Positions 8,823 to 17,236 of a stretch of 32,000 nt of DNA are shown piece after piece. The stretch is from positions 660,001-692,000 of the forward strand of contig NZ_CP026606.1 in assembly GCF_002945325.1 (NCBI RefSeq). The letters run 5' to 3'. The position numbers were made by a program, and so were the translations under genes. Under the pieces are notes generated by a model, which worked only from the letters and a program-made list of their open reading frames with translations, did not search any database and was not told the DNA's origin. Every line of letters starts with the position of its first letter. Within the stretch, counting starts at the first letter, position 1. Source of the stretch: Methanococcus maripaludis (lineage in GTDB: Archaea; AGJL01; Methanococci; Methanococcales; Methanococcaceae).

Positions 8823-9875
8823 ATGCCAATTATCTCAATTAACGAAAACGGATTTTTAGATAAACTTAAAGGAACCAATGGATTATTTTCATGCGTTATA
8901 TCTTCAATAGAAACTACAAAATATGTGGGAATATCTGGAGTCAATAAAAGTGTCATAGATTACACGCCTGCAGCAGACATGGAACTTGTAACTATAGGGG
9001 AAAGTTTATCATTAAACCACCCGCCAATAGATGCTACAGGATGCCCAAGCCCTGCAACAATTACAAGAGCGGCAGTTGATCTTTTAAATATTCCTGTAAT
9101 GACTGTTGACGCTGGAAGCTACATAAAACCAAAAATACCATACATTTCAGTAGATCAAAAACCAACAGGAGATATCCAAAAAGGTCTTGGAATGGATAAC
9201 TCAAAAGAATTATTAAATTTAGGAAAAATAATTGGAAATAACAATATTTATGATAGTTTAATAATTGGTGAAAGCGTTCCTGGAGGAACCACGACTGCAC
9301 TTGGTGTTCTTTTAGGTTTAGGCTATGATGCAAGAGATAAGATAAGCTCAGGTTCAGTCGAAAACCCGAAAGACTTGAAATTAAGGGTCGTCGAAAGCGG
9401 ACTTAAAAATTCTAAATCAAATGATGTTTTTGATGTTTTAAATGCAGTTGGGGATAAAATGATGCCAGTTGTAGCAGGTATGGCCATATCTGCAGTATCA
9501 AAAGGTAAACCCGTGTTACTTGCTGGAGGAACGCAGATGGCATCTGTTTTAGCAGCCATTAAAGAAATTAGTCCTGAAACAGTGAAAAGTGGACTTTTAG
9601 GGATAAGTACCACAGAATTTGTATTAAATGATAGAAATGCAGATTTAAAAGATATTATTGAACAGATTGGGGATATTCCGCTGTATGCATCCAAATTTGG
9701 ATATGAAAATTCAAAAATTGACGGCTTAAAAGCATACTGTAATGGTTCAGTTAAGGAAGGTGTTGGAGCAGGAGGAATTGCAACTTACTGCTACTCAAAT
9801 GGTTTAAACCCAGAAGACATAAGAGAATATGTAGAAAAAAATTATGAAATATGGTATTCAAAACTTATTCAATAA
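8823..9875 (+). CDS. cobT: archaeal nicotinate-nucleotide--dimethylbenzimidazole phosphoribosyltransferase family protein (CobT-like)
   Basis: 'LSLNHPPIDATGCPSPATITRAAVDLL', 'GESVPGGTTTALGVLLGLGYDA', 'GMAISAVSKGKPVLLAGGTQMASVLAA'; AAAGGAG upstream of ATG. Confidence 0.75.
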   Translation: MPIISINENGFLDKLKGTNGLFSCVISSIETTKYVGISGVNKSVIDYTPAADMELVTIGESLSLNHPPIDATGCPSPATITRAAVDLLNIPVMTVDAGSYIKPKIPYISVDQKPTGDIQKGLGMDNSKELLNLGKIIGNNNIYDSLIIGESVPGGTTTALGVLLGLGYDARDKISSGSVENPKDLKLRVVESGLKNSKSNDVFDVLNAVGDKMMPVVAGMAISAVSKGKPVLLAGGTQMASVLAAIKEISPETVKSGLLGISTTEFVLNDRNADLKDIIEQIGDIPLYASKFGYENSKIDGLKAYCNGSVKEGVGAGGIATYCYSNGLNPEDIREYVEKNYEIWYSKLIQ

Positions 9876-9904
9876 TTCCCAAATTAAGACTTATGGTGTT
9901 AATC

Positions 9905-10351
9905 ATGAAATCTAAAGTCATAGTTCTTGCAGAAGATTCTAAAACATCGCCTTCAAGGCTTTTTAGATATTTAAACTCACTTGAATATGATATTAATGTG
10001 AAAGAAACGTGTTTTGGGGCATTTATCGAAGGCGAGGATGGCGTTGTCGATGAAGTAGTTAAATTAGTAAGAAATCTTGAAAAAAATAAGATTTTTTGTA
10101 AAGATAGGGGATTTCCAATATGGGATCAAAGACGATGTAGGGCATTTAGAAAAGGGGGCCCAAGAGAAGGTTTTCACCAGCTCGAAGCAGAACAGAAAAT
10201 ACTTGACAGGATTTCAAAAGCCCTTGATGCAGTAGAAAATGAAGAAATTAGCGAAGATGAACTCGAAGAAGAATTTAAAAATTTGAAAAATAAAAAATTA
10301 AAAGTCGATGCTTTTGAAAAAATTGCAGACGAAGTATTAAAAGAAAACTAA
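9905..10351 (+). CDS. putative methanogenesis marker protein 6 (DUF2102-like)
   Basis: Conserved 'CKDRGFPIWDQRRCRAFRKGGPREGFHQLEAEQKIL'. ATG 9905 gives MKSKVIVLAEDSKTSP; the track start at 9851 overlaps cobT and is probably an over-extension. Confidence 0.6.
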   Translation: MKSKVIVLAEDSKTSPSRLFRYLNSLEYDINVKETCFGAFIEGEDGVVDEVVKLVRNLEKNKIFCKDRGFPIWDQRRCRAFRKGGPREGFHQLEAEQKILDRISKALDAVENEEISEDELEEEFKNLKNKKLKVDAFEKIADEVLKEN

Positions 10352-10367
10352 ATATTTTTGGGAAATT

Positions 10368-10775
10368 ATGGCGCATAAATATCAAAAAGGATCTACTTTT
10401 GAAAGAGAATTAAAGAAAAAACTTGAAAATCATGGATTTGCAGTTATCAGGAGTGCTGGAAGTCACGGCGTTGATTTAGTTGCAGGAAAAAAAGGAAAAA
10501 AACCAATTATAATTGAATGCAAATCAACTTCAAAAGATAAATATTACATTCCAAATGAAGATGTTGAAAAATTATTAGAGTTTTCCAACACTTTTGACGG
10601 GATTCCGTTTATTGCATTGAAAATTAATAGAAAATGCTTATTTATAAATCCTCACCTTTTAACTTCGGCGGGTAAAAATTACGCACTTGATTATGAAAAA
10701 TTGTGCCCCATCGCACTTGATATTAAAGATGTTGCAGAAGACAGTATTCAAAAAAAGTTGGATTCTGAAATGTAA
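10368..10775 (+). CDS. hjc: archaeal Holliday junction resolvase Hjc
   Basis: MAHKYQKGSTFERELKKKLENHGFAVIRSAGSHGVDLVAGKKGKKPIIIECKST: Hjc-type nuclease motif (E, GSHG.D, E.K). Confidence 0.9.
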   Translation: MAHKYQKGSTFERELKKKLENHGFAVIRSAGSHGVDLVAGKKGKKPIIIECKSTSKDKYYIPNEDVEKLLEFSNTFDGIPFIALKINRKCLFINPHLLTSAGKNYALDYEKLCPIALDIKDVAEDSIQKKLDSEM

Positions 10776-10822
10776 TATAATGCAATTATTTACTTTTTTT
10801 AATCATTAAATAACGTCTGAAA

Positions 10823-11305
10823 TTATTCCATTGTATTTATCAGCATTTTCGTTATGGAAATGCTTAGATATGCTGCTCTTTTTGGTTTTATTATTATTGA
10901 TGAGTGTTCATCTTCCTTGTGAATGCCTATCAATATCGAGGCAGTTCTTTTTTCGTCTGCTGGGAGTATTGCAATTGAGACCCTACTTTCATTTGCAAAA
11001 CACGTTCCAACATCCTGTATCTTTTGAAGTTTTATACCTTCTTTTTTGAATTTACGGTTTATTTCTTCAGCAGAAACTACACCGTGATTTAAAAGTGTTA
11101 CAAACAGTGCAGAAGTTTCTAAATCCATCGAAACAGTATCCAATAAACCTTCTTCCTCATTGCTTAAATTAAAAATGATTTCGTTGTTTTCATACTTCAA
11201 AACCAAAGACTTTCCCTGTGCACCAGATATACTCATTCCCCTCACCTTTTCCGCCATACTATTGATAATATTATTATTCTTTGCACGGTTTAAAAAACTT
11301 TCCAT
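10823..11305 (-). CDS. conserved hypothetical protein
   Basis: ORF extends to 11335 but would overlap the upstream gene; internal ATG at 11305 (MESFLNRAKNNN) just clears the upstream stop at 11307. C-terminus YLSISITKMLINTME. Confidence 0.6.
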   Translation of the reverse strand: MESFLNRAKNNNIINSMAEKVRGMSISGAQGKSLVLKYENNEIIFNLSNEEEGLLDTVSMDLETSALFVTLLNHGVVSAEEINRKFKKEGIKLQKIQDVGTCFANESRVSIAILPADEKRTASILIGIHKEDEHSSIIIKPKRAAYLSISITKMLINTME

Positions 11306-11306
11306 A

Positions 11307-12029
11307 TTATTTCGGGCATTTATCTTTAAAAACACATATTAAGGAATTTGCTTCTTTTCCCGAAATAAACGCCCTGCCAACAATTCTTTTAAAAATTGTC
11401 TTGCATATGTCTTTTCTATAGTCTGGCACATCTTTTGAACGATCTACAAACTCGTTGAAAAATCTAAGAAGTGCATTTTTTTCATCGACTGATGCGTTTT
11501 TCATGTTTAAATCGTAAGGAATATCTTCTGAAAATGATTCGAAGTAAATTTCGTATAGTATTACCGAAACGGCGTGAGAAAGATTCAATATTGGGTATTT
11601 GTTTGAAGTTGGAACAGAAACCAAAATATCGCAGAGTTCTACATCTTCATTTTTTAGACCATCATCTTCCCGCCCAAAGACTATTCCCAATGTTCCATTT
11701 ATACCAAAATGTTTTTTAGCAAGTTCTCGAGGAGTAATTGGAACCCGGTTTACGTTTCTATCGCCACAAACTGCCCCCGTTGTTGCCACAGTAAAATCAA
11801 TATCTGAAATTGCATCTTCAAGTTTTGAATAAAATTTAGCATTGTTTAGGATATTTTTCGCATGAACTGCTCGAATATATGCTTCATCATCTAAAATTTC
11901 AGGTGTTCCAACTATTCTTAATTCTTCAACATCAAAATTCATCATATTTCTTGCAATAGCCCCTAAATTCCCACCATATTTTGGATTAACCAATATAACT
12001 ACTGTTTTCACATTATCACAAGTTTTCAC
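11307..12029 (-). CDS. SpoU/TrmH-family RNA methyltransferase (TrmJ-like)
   Basis: 'VVILVNPKYGGNLGAIARNMMNFDVEELRIV', 'LGIVFGREDDGLKNEDVELCDILVSVPTSNKYPILNLSHAVSVILYEIY': SPOUT knot motifs. Confidence 0.88.
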   Translation of the reverse strand: MKTCDNVKTVVILVNPKYGGNLGAIARNMMNFDVEELRIVGTPEILDDEAYIRAVHAKNILNNAKFYSKLEDAISDIDFTVATTGAVCGDRNVNRVPITPRELAKKHFGINGTLGIVFGREDDGLKNEDVELCDILVSVPTSNKYPILNLSHAVSVILYEIYFESFSEDIPYDLNMKNASVDEKNALLRFFNEFVDRSKDVPDYRKDICKTIFKRIVGRAFISGKEANSLICVFKDKCPK

Positions 12030-12161
12030 TTTAATTTTTTATTCCGATTCAATTTTATAATTATTATAGATTCTGATTAAATATTAACTATCGTTAAAAA
12101 TATTGATCTTTGAAAAACTTAAAAATAATTTAATTATTACCTCACCCGAAAAACAGAAAAG

Positions 12162-12188
12162 CCAGCTTTATTTTAAAGTACAAGCTGG
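12162..12188 (-). terminator. stem-loop spanning the DUF92 gene stop codon, possible terminator
   Basis: Minus strand CCAGCTT-(13 nt)-AAGCTGG, 7 bp perfect stem, followed by CTTTTCTGTTTTT. Confidence 0.35.
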
Positions 12189-12886
12189 TAAAATAAAACT
12201 GCAAATGTTCCGCCACTTAACGTTGCCATGAAATTTACGTGTTCGTTATTTAATATTCCTTTTCGCTCGAAAAATGCACCAAGGAAGCTATCTGCAAAGT
12301 TTCCAATCATTCCCGAAATTGTTGCGGTCCAAAACATCAATATATCGTTAAAAAGGGCATATGCAAGTAAACCTATCAAAAAAGATCCAAGTAACCCTGC
12401 AAATGTACCGCATACGGTTATTCCACCATCGGTTCCAGTTTTAACGGTTTTAAAATTTGATATGAGCCTTGGAGTTTCTCTTGAAAGCATTCCAAGTTCT
12501 GATGAAAATGTATCAGAATTTGCAGCTGCAATTGTTCCAACGTATCCTACAAGGGCTATTTCTTCGGTAATAAATCCTGAAGAATACGCTAAAACAAACA
12601 ATATTGCCATAAGCCCATTTGCAAGAACATTTTTCAAAGAACGTCTTGATTCAGCCATTTTTATTGTCTTTTTAAAACCATAACCCATTTTACTTACGAG
12701 ACTGCCCAGAACTAAAAACGAGATAAGGAGCAGTAGCCATTTTAAATCTGCCAAAAACAATATTGTAAATGCCATTACCGAAGATCCGAATATCCCCCAT
12801 TTGTCGAGATACTTCTTTTTATAAATTAGTGCCGCGAGTAGTCCCGTGATTGCTGCCGAATAAATTATCTTCAATAACATGTCCAT
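12173..12886 (-). CDS. DUF92 family integral membrane protein
   Basis: 'RRSLKNVLANG', 'AAANSDTFSSELGML', 'VKTGTDGGITVCGTFAGLLGS', 'GNFADSFLGAFFER' signature. ATG 12886 (MDMLLKII) sits after GGTGAATTTA; the 12898 start uses the GTG in that SD. Confidence 0.85.
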   Translation of the reverse strand: MDMLLKIIYSAAITGLLAALIYKKKYLDKWGIFGSSVMAFTILFLADLKWLLLLISFLVLGSLVSKMGYGFKKTIKMAESRRSLKNVLANGLMAILFVLAYSSGFITEEIALVGYVGTIAAANSDTFSSELGMLSRETPRLISNFKTVKTGTDGGITVCGTFAGLLGSFLIGLLAYALFNDILMFWTATISGMIGNFADSFLGAFFERKGILNNEHVNFMATLSGGTFAVLFYQLVL

Positions 12887-13263
12887 TAAATTCACCATAC
12901 ATTCCTAAACACAAAAGATTATTAAATCTTACGATACCTAGCCTAACCTTACCTTCATTATTATATTATAATACGGGAAAAATCAGATAATTTTTGTATT
13001 AACCTTTTTTTCATTAAAATTCTTAAATATACCATGAATATTATTAATATTAAAACAATCATTCAGATTTATTTACAGCATTCTTAAATAATCCACCCAA
13101 TAGCTGCATCAATATGGTAAAAACTGTAATTTCGAAAAATAATTATGTCTAACCCAGTATATAAAGTATTGCGGTCCAACACCCCGTAAAAATTGGTAAC
13201 AGCTATTTTTAAAATTTTTTGAGGTTATTACCTTTTGATATTTTGAGTAGTTTTAAAATATCA

Positions 13264-13274
13264 TTTTTATATAC
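13264..13274 (+). promoter_or_regulatory. candidate TATA box for HIT gene
   Basis: TTTTTATATACC about 50 bp upstream of ATG 13323. Confidence 0.45.
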
Positions 13275-13322
13275 CATTTAAACCATATCGGTTATTCGAA
13301 ATAAACTTAGGTGATTTTAATC

Positions 13323-13715
13323 ATGTGTATTTTTTGCGATATTGTTAAAGGAGATATTCCTGCAAGAATAATTTACGAAGACGACAAATTTTTAGCATTT
13401 ATGGATGCATTTCCAAGAGCAGTTGGCCATACTTTAATAATTCCAAAAGAACATTTTGAAACATTTGACGAACTTCCAAAAGAACTTGCATGCGAAATGA
13501 TGGAAGTTATCCACAAAATTGTAAAAAAACTTGAAAAATTAGAAATGGATGGCTACAACCTTTTAAATAATAACAAACAGGTTTCAGGTCAAGAAGTCCC
13601 GCACGTTCACTTCCACATCATCCCAAGATATGAAAACGAAGGTTACCCAGTTTATGTGTTAAAAGACCCGATAAACGTTGACCTTGATTCAATTTACGAT
13701 AGAATAATGGAATAA
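13323..13715 (+). CDS. HIT family (histidine triad) protein
   Basis: MCIFCDIVKGDIPARIIYEDDKFLAFMDAFPRAVGHTLIIPKEHFETF...GQEVPHVHFHIIPRY (HxHxH). AGGTGA SD; the track start 13311 is the GTG within that SD. Confidence 0.93.
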   Translation: MCIFCDIVKGDIPARIIYEDDKFLAFMDAFPRAVGHTLIIPKEHFETFDELPKELACEMMEVIHKIVKKLEKLEMDGYNLLNNNKQVSGQEVPHVHFHIIPRYENEGYPVYVLKDPINVDLDSIYDRIME

Positions 13716-13716
13716 T

Positions 13717-14355
13717 TTAAATTCTTTCATTTTTACTAAGCGCAATGATTCCGTTAATTGCTGAAACTGCGACAGGAGTTCCACCTTTTGGACCCATTGT
13801 AGAAATTGATGGGATTTTTGTCGTTCTTAATAATTCTTTTGATTCTGCTGCTTTTACAAAACCAACCGGAGCTCCGATAACCAGTTTTGGAGTTATTCCT
13901 TCTTCTTTATTTAATCTTATGACTTCAAGAAGTGCAGTTGGCGCATTACCAATAACTACAATACCCCCATCAATTAACTCTTTTGAAGCCCTGATTGATG
14001 CGACGGCCCTTGTTACCTGCTCTTTTTTTGCAACTTCAAAGACTTTCTTTTCAGAAATTGTACATAATACGTCTTCGTAACGTATTCCTGCTTTTACCAT
14101 CGAAATATCTGCAATTATCGGACTTTCATTAGTTATTGCTTTTAAACCATTTTCAATTGGTTTATTATCAAAGTTAACGAGTTTTGAATACTCTGGATCG
14201 GCAGTTGCATGAACTACTCTTTCAATTATTCCCATTTCTTCGTCAGAATACAATATAACATTTTTTCCCAAAACTTCGCTTATTTTTGTTTTTACTATTT
14301 CTCTTGATCGGTCTGCGATGTCTTTTCCGTCCTTGGTTACTGCTCCCATAAACAT
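13717..14355 (-). CDS. cbiC: cobalt-precorrin-8 methylmutase (CbiC/CobH)
   Basis: 'VVHATADPEYSKLVNF', 'PIIADISMVKAGI', 'VVIGNAPTALLEVI', 'VIGAPVGFVKAAESKELL', 'GPKGGTPVAVSAINGI'. Confidence 0.92.
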   Translation of the reverse strand: MFMGAVTKDGKDIADRSREIVKTKISEVLGKNVILYSDEEMGIIERVVHATADPEYSKLVNFDNKPIENGLKAITNESPIIADISMVKAGIRYEDVLCTISEKKVFEVAKKEQVTRAVASIRASKELIDGGIVVIGNAPTALLEVIRLNKEEGITPKLVIGAPVGFVKAAESKELLRTTKIPSISTMGPKGGTPVAVSAINGIIALSKNERI

Positions 14356-14363
14356 ATTATCAC

Positions 14364-14654
14364 TTACAGAACTGAAAGTATGATTTTTTTATTGCTGTTT
14401 TCAGGAATGTGCGCTACTTCTAAAACATCCCTTGAAATATTTTCAATATCAAATTCCATCAATCCAAATGTTTTATTATCCGTATCAACTCGATAATGAG
14501 TCCCATCTTTTGCATCGATGGTTCCTTCAACATGGCACCTTCCAAAGTAAACTTCTATGTAGTCCCCTTCATCTACTTCGTTATCCATGTATTCTCTCAT
14601 CTTTTCTTCCGTAACTTCCATATTGATTTCTTCGTTGTATTCTGGTTCAGCCAT
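14364..14654 (-). CDS. small conserved methanogen protein (possibly DUF2097)
   Basis: 96 aa acidic protein, 'VDEGDYIEVYFGRCHVEGTIDAKDG'; closely spaced between DUF63 and cbiC genes. Confidence 0.55.
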   Translation of the reverse strand: MAEPEYNEEINMEVTEEKMREYMDNEVDEGDYIEVYFGRCHVEGTIDAKDGTHYRVDTDNKTFGLMEFDIENISRDVLEVAHIPENSNKKIILSVL

Positions 14655-14667
14655 ATTTTCACCTAAT

Positions 14668-15474
14668 TTAAACTCCCATTACTGTCCTAAATAGGTTTCT
14701 AAGACCTGGTGCAAGCCCTAAAGCCATTACTGTTATTTTTAATATATTTCTTAAATTATCGTCTTTAACTTCTTTGTTAAATATATCTAAAACCAAAAGC
14801 ACTACAAGCATTTTTAAAGGTATTATGCTGTAAGGTCCGAAGTAATCCATAAAAAACCTCGGAACAGGGTGCTGCTCCCAATAATGGTATATGCCAATTC
14901 CTACAGATGTTGCCGATGCATCTACAAGCTGTGAAAATATAGCGTATTTATCTATCCGCTCAATTTTTACCTTTTTCAGCTTTTCGACGATGTAAATCAA
15001 TAAATAATAACTTAAAAGCAATATTCCGGATACGTAAACTATTGCTTCGGGGTGAGTTATCCTACTCGAAAACTCGAAAAGCATGTAAAGAATTGGAACT
15101 ACTGCCATTGCTATTGAAAGTAAATAATATCTCTTTTTTAAAAGAATTCCTGAAATAATTATTGAAATCATGTAGTAAATACCAACTGCAACAACTATTC
15201 CCGGCGTAACTGTGTAATAAAGCCTTGGAAAAAGTCCTGCATCAACTAGCGCCCTCATCAAGGTTATCAAAATTACATAAAATACAGTAACTTCTGCAAA
15301 TCTGCGGTCAATTGCGATTTTAAGTTTTAAACAAATTTTGTAAAACGTGTAAACCATTACAAAGAGCAAAATCCCATATGTGATTTCCTGAATTAAATTA
15401 TAGCCCTGTTTTGTATCTATCGGGTAAATATAGTACCGGTAAATAAATTCTCGGATTAAAAGCATTCCATTCAT
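14668..15474 (-). CDS. DUF63 family membrane protein
   Basis: Multi-pass; 'FIYRYYIYPI..KQGYNLIQEITYGILL', 'RALVDAGLFPRLYYTVTPGIV', 'SQLVDASATSVGI', 'PLKMLVVLLVL', 'LGLAPGLRN..R'; GGTGACTTA before ATG. Confidence 0.82.
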   Translation of the reverse strand: MNGMLLIREFIYRYYIYPIDTKQGYNLIQEITYGILLFVMVYTFYKICLKLKIAIDRRFAEVTVFYVILITLMRALVDAGLFPRLYYTVTPGIVVAVGIYYMISIIISGILLKKRYYLLSIAMAVVPILYMLFEFSSRITHPEAIVYVSGILLLSYYLLIYIVEKLKKVKIERIDKYAIFSQLVDASATSVGIGIYHYWEQHPVPRFFMDYFGPYSIIPLKMLVVLLVLDIFNKEVKDDNLRNILKITVMALGLAPGLRNLFRTVMGV

Positions 15475-15583
15475 TAAGTCACCGCAGTTAAATCTAGATA
15501 AAATAAGACTAAATCAGTAAACATTTCTAAAAAATAACTATGAATAATTCTATTTAATTCTACCTATATTAAAAAATTAAAAG

Positions 15584-17101
15584 TTAGAATTTACTTATCC
15601 TTTCAATAAGCATTCCTTCAACTTTTACAGGATAAACTCTTCTCGCAAGATTTACTGCTGACACAAGCCTTTCTTCAGAGCCAGAATAGATTGTATACAA
15701 CACATCTCCTTTTTTAACCTTGTTTCCAATCTTTGAATTTAGTAAAAGTCCTGCTTTTTTATCCCTTGGAGCTCCAGCCTCTTTGACTACGTTTGTAATT
15801 CCAGTATTACTTATATCTGTAACGTAGCCATCTATTGGAGCAATTATCTCTTCAATATATTCTCCAAGTTCTATTTCCTCAGGTTTTTTTGGAGTTCCGC
15901 CCTGTTCAATTATGATCTGGTTGAATTTTTCAAGTGCCCGTCCAGACTCTAACATTTCCCATGCTAAATTTTGCCCTTCACCAATCTGTGCGGCACCGCC
16001 AAGTTCAAGCAGAATTCCTGCAAGAGATAAGGCTTTTTCAATCAAACTTTTTGGAGCATTTTTTGGATCTTGAAGTGCTTCAATTGCTTCTTTTGCTTCG
16101 AGTGCAGGTCCAATTGCCCTTCCAAGTGGCTGTCCACCATATGTTAAAACACATTCTACTTTAATATTTAGCAATTCTCCAAGTTCAATGAATTTCCTCG
16201 CTAATTTTGCCCCTTCTGCTTCATTTTTGATTTTTACGCCTTTTCCAACAGGAATATCGATTACAGTATATTTAATTCCAGTTGCAATCTTTTTTGCCAT
16301 AACACTTGCAAGAAGCTGGGGTTGGGGGTCAATTGAAACTGGTCTTTCCACATTTATGATAATATCATCTGCAGGAGCTAAATTTACGCCTCCACCCCAT
16401 GCAAGACACCCGTTTGTGGTTTTAACTATCCTTTTTATCTCTTCTTCTTTTAATTCAACATTTGTGAGCACTTCCATTACATCAGCAGTTCCTGCAGGCG
16501 AAGTTATCGCCCTTGATGAGGTTTTTGGAATTGTGATTCCCGCTGCTGCAAGTATCGGGATTGAAAGAAGTGCATATTTGTTTCCAGGAACTCCTCCGAT
16601 ACTGTGGATATCGACAACCAGATTTTTCTCCCAAGAAATCATGTCCCCGGTTTCTGCAATTCTCTTGGTCATCTCGCTTATTTCATCCATATTCATTCCA
16701 TTAATGTAAGTAGATGAAACAAATGCGGATAATTCAATGTTTGAGAGTTTTTTAGATACGATTTCATCGATTATCGTTCTTATTTCGTGAGGATTTAGAA
16801 CTTGTCCATCCATTTTCTTTTTTATAAATGGAACGGATTCGGGCTTTTCTGCGTGTCTTAATTTTACTTCTTCTCCGTCTGAAATTGAAATTTCTGCAAG
16901 TTCACTTACAAGCATTCCAACTTCGCCTTTTTGAACCATGGTTTTTGTAGAATAGATGTTTCCGATGACAGAACCTGCGTGTGACTCTATCAATACCCTA
17001 TCCTGCGGGTAGTAAGAAGTTCCTTTTAAATCTTCTTCGTTAACAATTACCGCATTTTCGCCCAGATCAAGGTCTATAAATTTTGCATTTAAAAATAGCA
17101 T
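15584..17101 (-). CDS. deoA: AMP phosphorylase (archaeal thymidine phosphorylase family)
   Basis: 'VDIHSIGGVPGNKYALLSIPILAAAGITIPKTSSRAITSPAGTADVMEVLTNV', 'GGGVNLAPADDIIINVERP', long N-terminal domain typical of archaeal AMPpase. Confidence 0.9.
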   Translation of the reverse strand: MLFLNAKFIDLDLGENAVIVNEEDLKGTSYYPQDRVLIESHAGSVIGNIYSTKTMVQKGEVGMLVSELAEISISDGEEVKLRHAEKPESVPFIKKKMDGQVLNPHEIRTIIDEIVSKKLSNIELSAFVSSTYINGMNMDEISEMTKRIAETGDMISWEKNLVVDIHSIGGVPGNKYALLSIPILAAAGITIPKTSSRAITSPAGTADVMEVLTNVELKEEEIKRIVKTTNGCLAWGGGVNLAPADDIIINVERPVSIDPQPQLLASVMAKKIATGIKYTVIDIPVGKGVKIKNEAEGAKLARKFIELGELLNIKVECVLTYGGQPLGRAIGPALEAKEAIEALQDPKNAPKSLIEKALSLAGILLELGGAAQIGEGQNLAWEMLESGRALEKFNQIIIEQGGTPKKPEEIELGEYIEEIIAPIDGYVTDISNTGITNVVKEAGAPRDKKAGLLLNSKIGNKVKKGDVLYTIYSGSEERLVSAVNLARRVYPVKVEGMLIERISKF

Positions 17102-17236
17102 GATGTCCCTCCCGCAGATTATTATTAAAATTAATAAATTAACTCTAATCAGTTTATATCTAACTTAAAATAAAAACTTTTTTAAAAAATTTTATAAAAA
17201 AAGAAATTTAACAAAAAATAATAATTTTAAAGAATA

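Noticed and set aside
9851-9904. Overlap between cobT and the marker-6-like gene
   Set aside because: Start-codon over-extension; ATG 9905 gives a coherent N-terminus and removes the overlap.
11306-11335. 29 bp overlap between TrmJ-like gene and the downstream hypothetical
   Set aside because: Probably annotation artefact; the internal ATG at 11305 abolishes it, though RBS support is weak.
12931-13320. Possible degraded gene in the intergenic region
   Set aside because: Many stops in all frames and no protein-like fragments; kept only as a possible RNA/regulatory region.
16188-16709. 173 aa plus-strand ORF antisense to AMP phosphorylase
   Set aside because: Long only because of codon bias in the opposite strand; no recognisable motif, while AMP phosphorylase is certain.
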